From: Thermosulfurimonas dismutans
GTDB lineage: Bacteria > Desulfobacterota > Thermodesulfobacteria > Thermodesulfobacteriales > Thermodesulfobacteriaceae
Reading direction: 5' to 3'
DNA length: 32,000 nucleotides
Assembly: GCF_001652585.1 (NCBI RefSeq)
Contig: NZ_LWLG01000009.1
Coordinates: 43,659 to 75,658 of the forward strand
The notes beneath the pieces were generated by a model. It was not told where the DNA came from. It saw only the letters and a list, made by a program, of their open reading frames with translations, and did no database searches. The stretch's first letter is position 1. Each line of letters begins with the position of its first letter. Made by a program: the position numbers and the translations under genes. Positions 25,816-32,000 of the stretch are shown one piece after another.

Positions 25816-26722
25816 GCTTAACCTCTTTTTCCTTCTTTCCAAAAGGCCAGAGTTTCGAGCCTATACGTCTGAAGATGGACTTCTTCTTTTTGGGTTGAGG
25901 CTGAGCCTGAACCACCGGAGGCGATGGAGGCGACGGGTGCTGATTCACCGGGGGAAGACTTTCCTCAGAAGGAGGATAATCCGGCCATTGGTCTACATCG
26001 GCATAATGAACAAGGGGCACCTTAGAAGAGGTAGAAGGAGCCTGTGAAACTTGAGAGGAAGGGGCAGGAGCCGTTTGGGGTGGCCTGTAAGCTACCGAGG
26101 GCTTAGGAGCCGTCGCTTCGACCAGTTTTTCGGGATGCATTTTGGCCGGAGAGACATAGGTTCCCTGAGCAGGAGTCTGAGCTTTAGGCTTAAGAGGAGA
26201 TATCATTGGAGCCGGTGAGGTAGTTTTGATAGCGGGTTGTCTTTCGAGAGACCATTTTTCTCCTAGAATGTAGGCCCGAGATCTCTTGGCAAAGTTGGCT
26301 AGCTCCGGAATGACCTCCCCAAGGCCATTTACCTGGGTATAAAGAGTAATAGGAGGCCTTTCCCCTTTTACCGGGATAAGTTCGGCATCCACACTAACGG
26401 TCTGACCGAAGACACTAAGACTTCCGAAAAGGACATAGTCCACCCCGAGTTTTTGGCCTAATTGTCTAGCAGTCTCCCGAGTTAGAGGAGCCTTCAGCTC
26501 GGAAAGGGCTTTGCGAACAAGTTCGGGATCCACCGTTTCTACTTTCCCGGGAGCAAAAAGCCGGGTGGTAAGCATGTCCTGAATACCTTCCCGGACGTAA
26601 GATAGATCCTGGGGGGCGTGAATGTTGAAAGGTAAGATGGCCACCTTTTGTGTAACCGCGTGTGCGGAGGGAGGAACAAAAAACAAAACGCAAAACGTAA
26701 TCAAAGACAGGAGAATTCTCAT
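25598..26722 (-). CDS. Secreted protein: signal peptide + alpha/beta domain of the TolB-N/CsgG/LpoB-like type + ~215-aa Pro/Gln-rich region
   Basis: I prefer the ATG at 26722 (MRILLSLITFCVLFFVPPSAHA/VTQ) with GGGAG upstream. Domain sequence VAILPFN...GVDYVLFGSLSVFGQTVSVDAELI. The tail has a run of ~10 Pro and a basic patch KKKKSIFRRIGSKLWPFGKKEKEVK, and ends GETWQWY. Confidence 0.7.
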   Translation of the reverse strand: MRILLSLITFCVLFFVPPSAHAVTQKVAILPFNIHAPQDLSYVREGIQDMLTTRLFAPGKVETVDPELVRKALSELKAPLTRETARQLGQKLGVDYVLFGSLSVFGQTVSVDAELIPVKGERPPITLYTQVNGLGEVIPELANFAKRSRAYILGEKWSLERQPAIKTTSPAPMISPLKPKAQTPAQGTYVSPAKMHPEKLVEATAPKPSVAYRPPQTAPAPSSQVSQAPSTSSKVPLVHYADVDQWPDYPPSEESLPPVNQHPSPPSPPVVQAQPQPKKKKSIFRRIGSKLWPFGKKEKEVKLSEVPPPPPPPPPPANQAPQRPQTYPGALAPQPQPQPRYQTYQPPTAPPPSPPTAPPPSQGAPSQGETWQWY

Positions 26723-26793
26723 CTTATCTTTCTCCCGGAGAAAGTTTAAACTTGAATAAAACATTTTAAGTTCTTACCGTCAAGGAGGAGGCC

Positions 26794-27534
26794 ATGCGGA
26801 TAGTAGGTATCATACCAGCCCGTTACGGTTCGACCCGGTTCCCGGGAAAACCCCTAGTAGAACTCTGGGGGAAACCCTTAATTGAACATGTATACCATCG
26901 GGCCCGACAAAGTCCCCTCCTAGAGGAAGTGGTCGTCGCCACCGACGACGAAAGGATATTCCACTGCGTGGAAGGTTTTGGCGGAAGGGCCATCATGACC
27001 TCTCCGAAACACACCTGTGGCACGGAAAGATTAGCCGAAGCCGCCGGGCTCCTGGGGCTGGCCGACGAGGACATTGTGGTTAACATCCAAGGGGATCAAC
27101 CTTTGCTGGCCCCGGAAGTCATAGAAGAACTGGTGAAACCCCTTCTCCTTTCCTCCGAAGTACCCATGGCCACCGTGGCTATTCCTGTGGAAAATCCCGA
27201 AGAAATAAATGACCCCAATCGGGTTAAAGTGGTTTTGGATAGGGAAGGACGGGCCTTATATTTTTCGAGATCCCCCATACCCTATTTCCGACCTCCGGGG
27301 AAGGCCCCTCTCTACCTGAGGCACATCGGGCTTTATGCCTACCGCAAAGAATTTCTGGATCTTTTCTTGAAGCTTCCCCCGGGCGAACTGGAAGAAGCGG
27401 AAAAACTGGAACAGCTCCGGGCACTTGAGAACGGCTATCCCATCGCGGTAAGTATTACCCGCTACGACTGCCCCGAGGTGGACACCCCGGAGGACCTGGA
27501 AAGAATCAAACAAAAATACGGCGGTGAGGCCTAA
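26794..27534 (+). CDS. kdsB: 3-deoxy-manno-octulosonate cytidylyltransferase (CMP-KDO synthetase)
   Basis: MRIVGIIPARYGSTRFPGKPL, NIQGDQPL. 246 aa. SD AAGGAGGAGG. Confidence 0.93.
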   Translation: MRIVGIIPARYGSTRFPGKPLVELWGKPLIEHVYHRARQSPLLEEVVVATDDERIFHCVEGFGGRAIMTSPKHTCGTERLAEAAGLLGLADEDIVVNIQGDQPLLAPEVIEELVKPLLLSSEVPMATVAIPVENPEEINDPNRVKVVLDREGRALYFSRSPIPYFRPPGKAPLYLRHIGLYAYRKEFLDLFLKLPPGELEEAEKLEQLRALENGYPIAVSITRYDCPEVDTPEDLERIKQKYGGEA

Positions 27535-27545
27535 GCCCCACCGCC
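27508..27545 (-). terminator. Intrinsic terminator for the hsp20 pair, overlapping the kdsB 3' end
   Basis: The minus strand reads GGCGGTGGGGC-TTAG-GCCTCACCGCC (an 11-bp stem with one mismatch) followed by GTATTTTTGTTTG. Confidence 0.5.
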
Positions 27546-27551
27546 CGCCTG

Positions 27552-27944
27552 TTATGCCACTTTGATCTCTATCTTCCTGGGCTTTTCGGCCTCGTGTTTG
27601 GGGATAAAGAGTCTTAGCACGCCCTGACTAAAAGTGGCCTCGATCTTGTCCTGATCGAACTCCGGACCCAAGGTAAAGGCCCGGAAGTATTCTCGTCCCC
27701 GAACCTCCACATATTCCGGAGAGACCTCCTCGCCCGGAGTTTCCACAATGGTCCCTTTGAGGTAGAGGACATTGTCCTCCACCTTGAGGTCCAGAGTGTC
27801 CTTGCTCACCCCGGGCATATCGGCCAGCAGGATGAGACCATCGTCGGTCTCGTAAACGTCCACTGGAGGTACCATAGCTCTGACCCGTTTCCGGGCAGAA
27901 ACCACGGTTTCCTCACGGGGAGCAATTTCTTTCCTTTCAGCCAT
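27552..27944 (-). CDS. Hsp20/alpha-crystallin family small heat-shock protein
   Basis: Alpha-crystallin domain (PPVDVYETDDGLILLADMPGV...GVLRLFIPK). I prefer the ATG at 27944 (AGGGGTGA plus 5 nt) over the GTG at 27953. Confidence 0.85.
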   Translation of the reverse strand: MAERKEIAPREETVVSARKRVRAMVPPVDVYETDDGLILLADMPGVSKDTLDLKVEDNVLYLKGTIVETPGEEVSPEYVEVRGREYFRAFTLGPEFDQDKIEATFSQGVLRLFIPKHEAEKPRKIEIKVA

Positions 27945-27971
27945 AAGTCTCACCCCCTTTCCTCAAGGATT

Positions 27972-28430
27972 TTAAGCGGCCTTGACCTCTATCTTTTTGG
28001 CCTTGTGCGCTTCCTTCTTACCAATACTCACTACAATGATGCCATTCCGATACTCAGCCTCCACCTGCGCTGGATCCACGGACTCAGGAAGAGAAATCAC
28101 CCGCGAGAACCTCCCGGAAAACCGCTCGCGCCGAGCAAATCTCTCGGGTTTCACTTCCTCCACCTCTAGGGCCTCTTCGGCCTTGCGCTCACCGGAGATG
28201 GAAAGGAGGTTGTCCTCGAGCGAAAGTTCCACGCTCTTGGGATCTACCCCCGGAGCAAAGATATAGACCAGAACCTTATCAGGGGCTTCGCCCACATTAA
28301 TCCGGGGATAAACCTCTTCGCCTCGCAAAGGCCGAAAGGGACTCATCCACTCAAACAAGCGATCCAGCTCCTCCTGGAGCCTTTCGAACTCCTTAAAAGG
28401 ATCCCATTCCCAGGTCCAGTTCAGAGGCAT
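27972..28430 (-). CDS. Hsp20/alpha-crystallin family small heat-shock protein
   Basis: Alpha-crystallin domain (PRINVGEAPDKVLVYIFAPGV...GIIVVSIGK). The ATG at 28430 is preceded by AAGGAGGTG plus 5 nt; the track's ATG at 28448 is part of that SD region. Confidence 0.88.
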   Translation of the reverse strand: MPLNWTWEWDPFKEFERLQEELDRLFEWMSPFRPLRGEEVYPRINVGEAPDKVLVYIFAPGVDPKSVELSLEDNLLSISGERKAEEALEVEEVKPERFARRERFSGRFSRVISLPESVDPAQVEAEYRNGIIVVSIGKKEAHKAKKIEVKAA

Positions 28431-28477
28431 AATACCACCTCCTTTCATCTAATTTTTGGATTTTACGAAATTTTTTG

Positions 28478-28489
28478 GGAAGGCCTTCC
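28478..28489. promoter_or_regulatory. 12-nt perfect palindrome GGAAGGCCTTCC (extended TTGGgAAGG/CCTTCCAA) upstream of the hsp20 pair
   Basis: It lies ~50 nt upstream of the hsp20 ATG. It sits just upstream of a minus-strand TAAAAT (28465-28460), roughly where a -35 element would be. Confidence 0.25.
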
Positions 28490-28542
28490 AAAAGGAAAAG
28501 TAAGTCTTCCGGTATCCGAAGGCAAGGGGTATAATTTAAAAA

Positions 28543-29403
28543 TTGTTGGTTTCCGTAATTATTCCTACCTACAATCGGGCTCCTTTTTTAGAAGAGGCCT
28601 TAAATTCCGTCCTAGCACAGACTTATCGGCCACTGGAGATCATTGTGGTGGACGATGGTTCCACCGACGAAACCCCTCGTTTGATTACCCGCTATCCCGT
28701 CGTCTATCACCGCAAGGCCCAGGGGGGGCCGGCCTCGGCCAGAAATCGCGGAATACTCATCTCAAGGGGAGAGTTCATCGCTTTTCTTGACAGCGACGAC
28801 CTGTGGCTCCCGGAGAAGTTGGAAAGACAGGTGGCCTTCTTTGAGACCCATCCAGAGGCTGTGGCCGTCCAGCCGGAGGAAATCTGGATCAAGAACGGAA
28901 GACGCGTCTTTCCCAAAAGCAAACACCGCAAGCCCAACGGCTACTTCTTCGACCGGGCAGTGAAGCTCTGTTTGGTTTCTCCTTCTGGGGTGATGCTGCG
29001 ACGGAGAATCTTCGATGAGATCGGCCTTTTTGACGAAAACTTTCCGGTTTGTGAAGACTATGAACTCTGGTTGAGACTTGCCGCCCGGTATCCGGTGTAT
29101 CTAATACCCGACCCCCTGGTAATCAAACGCGGAGGACATCCAGACCAGCTATCTTCCACGCCGGGGCTAGATTTCTGGCGGCTCAAGGCCTTGAGCAAGA
29201 TCTTCAACGATCCGGTGCTCACTCCGGAGATGCGTTTTATGGTGGCCGTAGAGGCCCGGCGCAAGGCCGAAATTTTCATCCGCGGGGCCCTCCGGCACGG
29301 AAATATCTTCGGGGCCTTTGAAGCCCAGAAGATACTCAAGCGTTTTTCACGCCTTTCGTTTCCAATCTTTGAAAACGATGGGAAACACCTCTTCCACCCG
29401 TGA
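28543..29403 (+). CDS. Glycosyltransferase family 2
   Basis: N-terminus LVSVIIPTYNRAPFLEEALNSVLAQTY, then the DDGSTD and DSDD motifs. TTG start; there is no in-frame ATG and a stop lies at 28537. Confidence 0.85.
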   Translation: MLVSVIIPTYNRAPFLEEALNSVLAQTYRPLEIIVVDDGSTDETPRLITRYPVVYHRKAQGGPASARNRGILISRGEFIAFLDSDDLWLPEKLERQVAFFETHPEAVAVQPEEIWIKNGRRVFPKSKHRKPNGYFFDRAVKLCLVSPSGVMLRRRIFDEIGLFDENFPVCEDYELWLRLAARYPVYLIPDPLVIKRGGHPDQLSSTPGLDFWRLKALSKIFNDPVLTPEMRFMVAVEARRKAEIFIRGALRHGNIFGAFEAQKILKRFSRLSFPIFENDGKHLFHP

Positions 29404-31686
29404 GACCAAGTGGAACTTGAGGCTCTTGCGCACCTCTTCCGGCACCTCCGTGAGATCCTTTTCGTTGCGTCTGGGAAGGATGACCTCCTTGAGGCCAAAC
29501 CGCCTGGCCGCAAGCACCTTCTCCTTAATGCCTCCCACGGGCAACACCAGTCCCCTTAAGGTGATCTCGCCGGTCATGGCTACCTCTGGACGCACCGTGC
29601 GCCCGGTAAGCAAACTCACTAGGGCCGTAAGGATGGTGATCCCGGCACTCGGACCGTCTTTAGGAATGGCCCCGGAAGGCACGTGGATATGGAAGTCGGA
29701 TCTTTCGAGGACTTCTTCGTCTATTCCCAGTTCCTCGACGTGCGAACGCACGTAAGTAAAGGCGGCCTCGGCACTCTCCCGCATCACCTCGCCGAGCTGT
29801 CCGGTAAGGATCAACTTGCGGGTCCCCTTCATCCGAGCCGCCTCCACAAAAAGGATCTCGCCACCCACCGGAGTCCAGGCCAGGCCAATGGCCACTCCCG
29901 GCACCTTTACCCTCTCGGGGACCTCTGGGAGATACTTGGGCGGCCCGAGGTATTCCTCCAAGTTTTTGACGGTAACGTGTTCTCCTGAGCTCTCGCCCTC
30001 GGCCACTTTGCGTGCTACCGCCCGACACACGGCCCCGATCTCCCGTTCGAGCTGTCTCACACCGGCCTCCCGGGTGTAGTGGGAGATGATGCGTCTCAAG
30101 GCCGCCTCCGTGAACCGTACCTGCCCGCGTTTGAGACCGTGGGCCTTTAGTTGCCGCGGGATCAGATATTTCCTGGCGATGTGGAGTTTATCCTCCTCGG
30201 TATAGCCCGGAATCTCGATGACCTCCATACGATCCCTCAGGGGGGCAGGAATAGTATCAATCACGTTGGCGGTAGCAATGAAGATTACCCGCGAAAGATC
30301 AAAGGGAAGCTCTAGATAGTGATCCGAAAACTCACGATTCTGTTCGGGATCTAAAACCTCGAGCAAGGCCGCCGCGGGATCACCCCGAAAGTCGGCTCCG
30401 ATCTTGTCTATCTCATCGAGCATGAGAACTGGATTATTAACTCCCACCCGGCGCAAGGCCTGGATGATGCGACCGGGCATGGCCCCCACGTAGGTTCTCC
30501 GGTGTCCCCGGATCTCAGCCTCGTCTCGCACGCCACCGAGAGAAATCCGCCAGAACTTGCGCCCTAAGGCCCGGGCAATGGAACGTCCCAGGCTGGTCTT
30601 ACCCACTCCCGGAGGGCCCAAAAAACAAAGGATAGGCCCCTTCATCTCGGGATTGAGTTTCCTTACCGCGAGGTATTCCAGAATGCGTTTCTTGACCTTT
30701 TCCAGATCGTAATGATCCTCGTCAAGTATTCGTTCGGCTTCACTGATATCCAAATGCTCCTCGGTAGACTCCAACCAAGGTAGTTCCAGGATCCAGTCGA
30801 GATAATTCCGAATGACGGTGTATTCCGCAGAGGCCGGATGCGTGCGAGAGAGTTTCTTCAGCTCCTTTTCGGCTTCTTTACGAACCATCTCCGGAAGGGC
30901 CTTCTTCTCAAGTTTTTCCTCAAGTTCCTCAACCTCGGCCTCAAGACCTTCGGCCTCCCCAAGTTCCTTCCGAATAACCTTGAGTTGCTCCCGAAGATAG
31001 TATTCTTTCTGGGCCTTTTCCATGCGATCCCTGACTTCGGCCTGAATCTTCTGACCGAGCTCAAGGACCTCTAGTTGCTCCGCAACAAGTCTTACAGCCT
31101 TATGAAGTCTTGCCTTAACATCAAGGGTCTCAAGGAGGGCCTGTTTTTCATTATGAGGCACGTTAAGATGGGCTACCGAAAGATCAGCTAGCATCCCCGG
31201 ATCCTCAAGATTTTCCACCAGAGACCGCAGCTCCCCTGGGAGGTGGGGGGAAAGCTCAAGAACGCGACCGAACATTTGCCGGATATTGACCGCCAAGGCC
31301 TCTGCTTCCCGATCCGGAGAAAATGTCTCGGCCAGAAGTTGTACCCGGGCCATGAGAAAAGGCTCGTTCTCGACAAAGGAAAGAACCTGGATACGAGATA
31401 AGCCCTGGACCACGATCCTCACCCGGTCGAGCTCCACCCGGCTGGCCCGGAGGATAAGGGCCAGCGTACCGAATTGGAATAGCTCCTTGCGTTCGGCCTT
31501 GGGATCCTTGACTGCCACCACGGCCACCATACGATCCTGGGATAGGGCCTCCTCCACGGCCTTCACCAACCCCGGCTCCGTAAGCACGAAGGGTACAATC
31601 ATGTGAGGAAAGAGCACGGCGTCACTGGGAATAACCGGTAGATCCCTAATTTCGTCCGGTCTGGCCGGAAGCTCTTTTTCCGCCAT
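29347..31686 (-). CDS. lon: ATP-dependent Lon protease (LonA)
   Basis: I prefer the ATG at 31686 (GAGGAGGTG plus 4 nt; MAEKELPARPDEIRDLPVIPSDAVLFPHM). Walker A GPPGVGKTS. Catalytic PKDGPSAGIT. The upstream 78 track codons are not Lon-like. Confidence 0.95.
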   Translation of the reverse strand: MAEKELPARPDEIRDLPVIPSDAVLFPHMIVPFVLTEPGLVKAVEEALSQDRMVAVVAVKDPKAERKELFQFGTLALILRASRVELDRVRIVVQGLSRIQVLSFVENEPFLMARVQLLAETFSPDREAEALAVNIRQMFGRVLELSPHLPGELRSLVENLEDPGMLADLSVAHLNVPHNEKQALLETLDVKARLHKAVRLVAEQLEVLELGQKIQAEVRDRMEKAQKEYYLREQLKVIRKELGEAEGLEAEVEELEEKLEKKALPEMVRKEAEKELKKLSRTHPASAEYTVIRNYLDWILELPWLESTEEHLDISEAERILDEDHYDLEKVKKRILEYLAVRKLNPEMKGPILCFLGPPGVGKTSLGRSIARALGRKFWRISLGGVRDEAEIRGHRRTYVGAMPGRIIQALRRVGVNNPVLMLDEIDKIGADFRGDPAAALLEVLDPEQNREFSDHYLELPFDLSRVIFIATANVIDTIPAPLRDRMEVIEIPGYTEEDKLHIARKYLIPRQLKAHGLKRGQVRFTEAALRRIISHYTREAGVRQLEREIGAVCRAVARKVAEGESSGEHVTVKNLEEYLGPPKYLPEVPERVKVPGVAIGLAWTPVGGEILFVEAARMKGTRKLILTGQLGEVMRESAEAAFTYVRSHVEELGIDEEVLERSDFHIHVPSGAIPKDGPSAGITILTALVSLLTGRTVRPEVAMTGEITLRGLVLPVGGIKEKVLAARRFGLKEVILPRRNEKDLTEVPEEVRKSLKFHLVSRVEEVFPIVFKDWKRKA

Positions 31687-31738
31687 AAACACCTCCTCTC
31701 GCAAACCCCTACTAGGGAAAATAAGGCTGAAAGCCGGA

Positions 31739-32000
31739 ATGACAATTGTTAAAATTGAAACTATGTCCGAGGATCTTTCAGCCTGGAAGGAACGTTTCAG
31801 ACGTCCTCTCCTTTTTGCCGCTCGGAAAAATTTTGCTACTCTTCCAAAGATCAAGGACCTGGAGACAACCTTAAAGGAAATACTAAAAAACGCGCCTGAG
31901 GATCTTCCTGAAAACCTCAAAGACCGCCTTGAGCAACTAGTATCTGGACTGGATAACCTTTCTCTTGAAGAAAAAAAGGAGCGTCTTCAGACTCTTCTCG
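31739..32000 (+). CDS. Partial hypothetical protein (5' end only; runs off the right edge)
   Basis: Open frame from ATG 31739: MTIVKIETMSEDLSAWKERFRRPLLFAARKNFATLPKIKDLETTLKEIL... It is not in the ORF track because there is no stop. The weak RBS and 87 aa are too little to assign a family. Confidence 0.4.
   Translation, partial: MTIVKIETMSEDLSAWKERFRRPLLFAARKNFATLPKIKDLETTLKEILKNAPEDLPENLKDRLEQLVSGLDNLSLEEKKERLQTLL

Noticed and set aside
25487-26047. 186-aa Arg/Trp-rich + ORF
   Set aside because: It is an out-of-phase antisense reading of the proline-rich gene and has no start context.
28530-28535. TATAAT 7 nt upstream of the GT2 TTG start, considered as a leaderless mRNA promoter
   Set aside because: Leaderless translation normally needs AUG, and here the start is TTG. 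AAGGGG further upstream could instead serve as a distant SD. The evidence is too ambiguous to call.
31687-31920. 78-codon N-terminal extension of the lon ORF in the track, and likewise 28431..28448 for hsp20
   Set aside because: The extensions are not Lon-like or Hsp20-like. The internal ATGs have near-perfect GGAGGTG Shine-Dalgarno sequences and give canonical N-termini.
1-32000. CRISPR arrays, IS elements, prophage or defence-island signatures
   Set aside because: Reading both strands I found no spaced direct-repeat arrays, no transposase, integrase or recombinase-like ORFs and no terminal inverted repeats. The only notable repeats are the two 17-mers upstream of pilA.

Overview
This is a densely packed, mostly housekeeping chromosomal window. 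It is moderately GC-rich by eye, and the Glu/Lys/Arg/Leu-rich proteins suggest a thermophilic Thermodesulfobacteria/deltaproteobacteria-like bacterium (inference only).

Left to right:
- The 5' part of a PilB/GspE-type ATPase gene, missed by the ORF track.
- An 817-aa radical SAM fusion protein, then trmB.
- A minus-strand block: guaA, psiE-like, pth, rplY(ctc), prs, ispE, DUF1844 and an FmdB zinc ribbon.
- A translationally coupled plus-strand block: HAD/EhaR-like protein, rhomboid protease, SDH/ClpP-fold protease, M18 aminopeptidase, trmI and a stop-less ybeY-pdxJ ORF.
- A bidirectional terminator and two small divergent genes.
- Three tRNAs: Arg-UCU, Leu-UAG, Arg-UCG.
- A low-GC islet with two type IV pilin genes.
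- corC-lnt.
- A GAF/sigma-54 activator coupled to pcnB, a SagB-like dehydrogenase and a GT9 glycosyltransferase.
- A secreted proline-rich protein, kdsB, two hsp20 genes, a GT2 glycosyltransferase, lon and a partial ORF at the right edge.

I see no CRISPR array, transposase, integrase, toxin-antitoxin pair or recognisable defence system.

The most system-like signal is the pilin locus. A sigma-54-type -24/-12 element precedes pilA. Two exact 17-bp dyad-bearing repeats with 21-bp phasing lie upstream of it, written into the last codons of lnt.

Other points worth a second look:
- the in-frame ybeY-pdxJ junction, which keeps an internal RBS and ATG;
- a 218-nt convergent overlap between the GT9 gene and the proline-rich gene;
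- the proline-rich secreted protein itself;
- an atypical prepilin with Ala at -1;
- several intergenic palindromes.

Functional calls come from motif recognition, not database searches. Coordinates of non-ORF features may be off by 1-2 nt.
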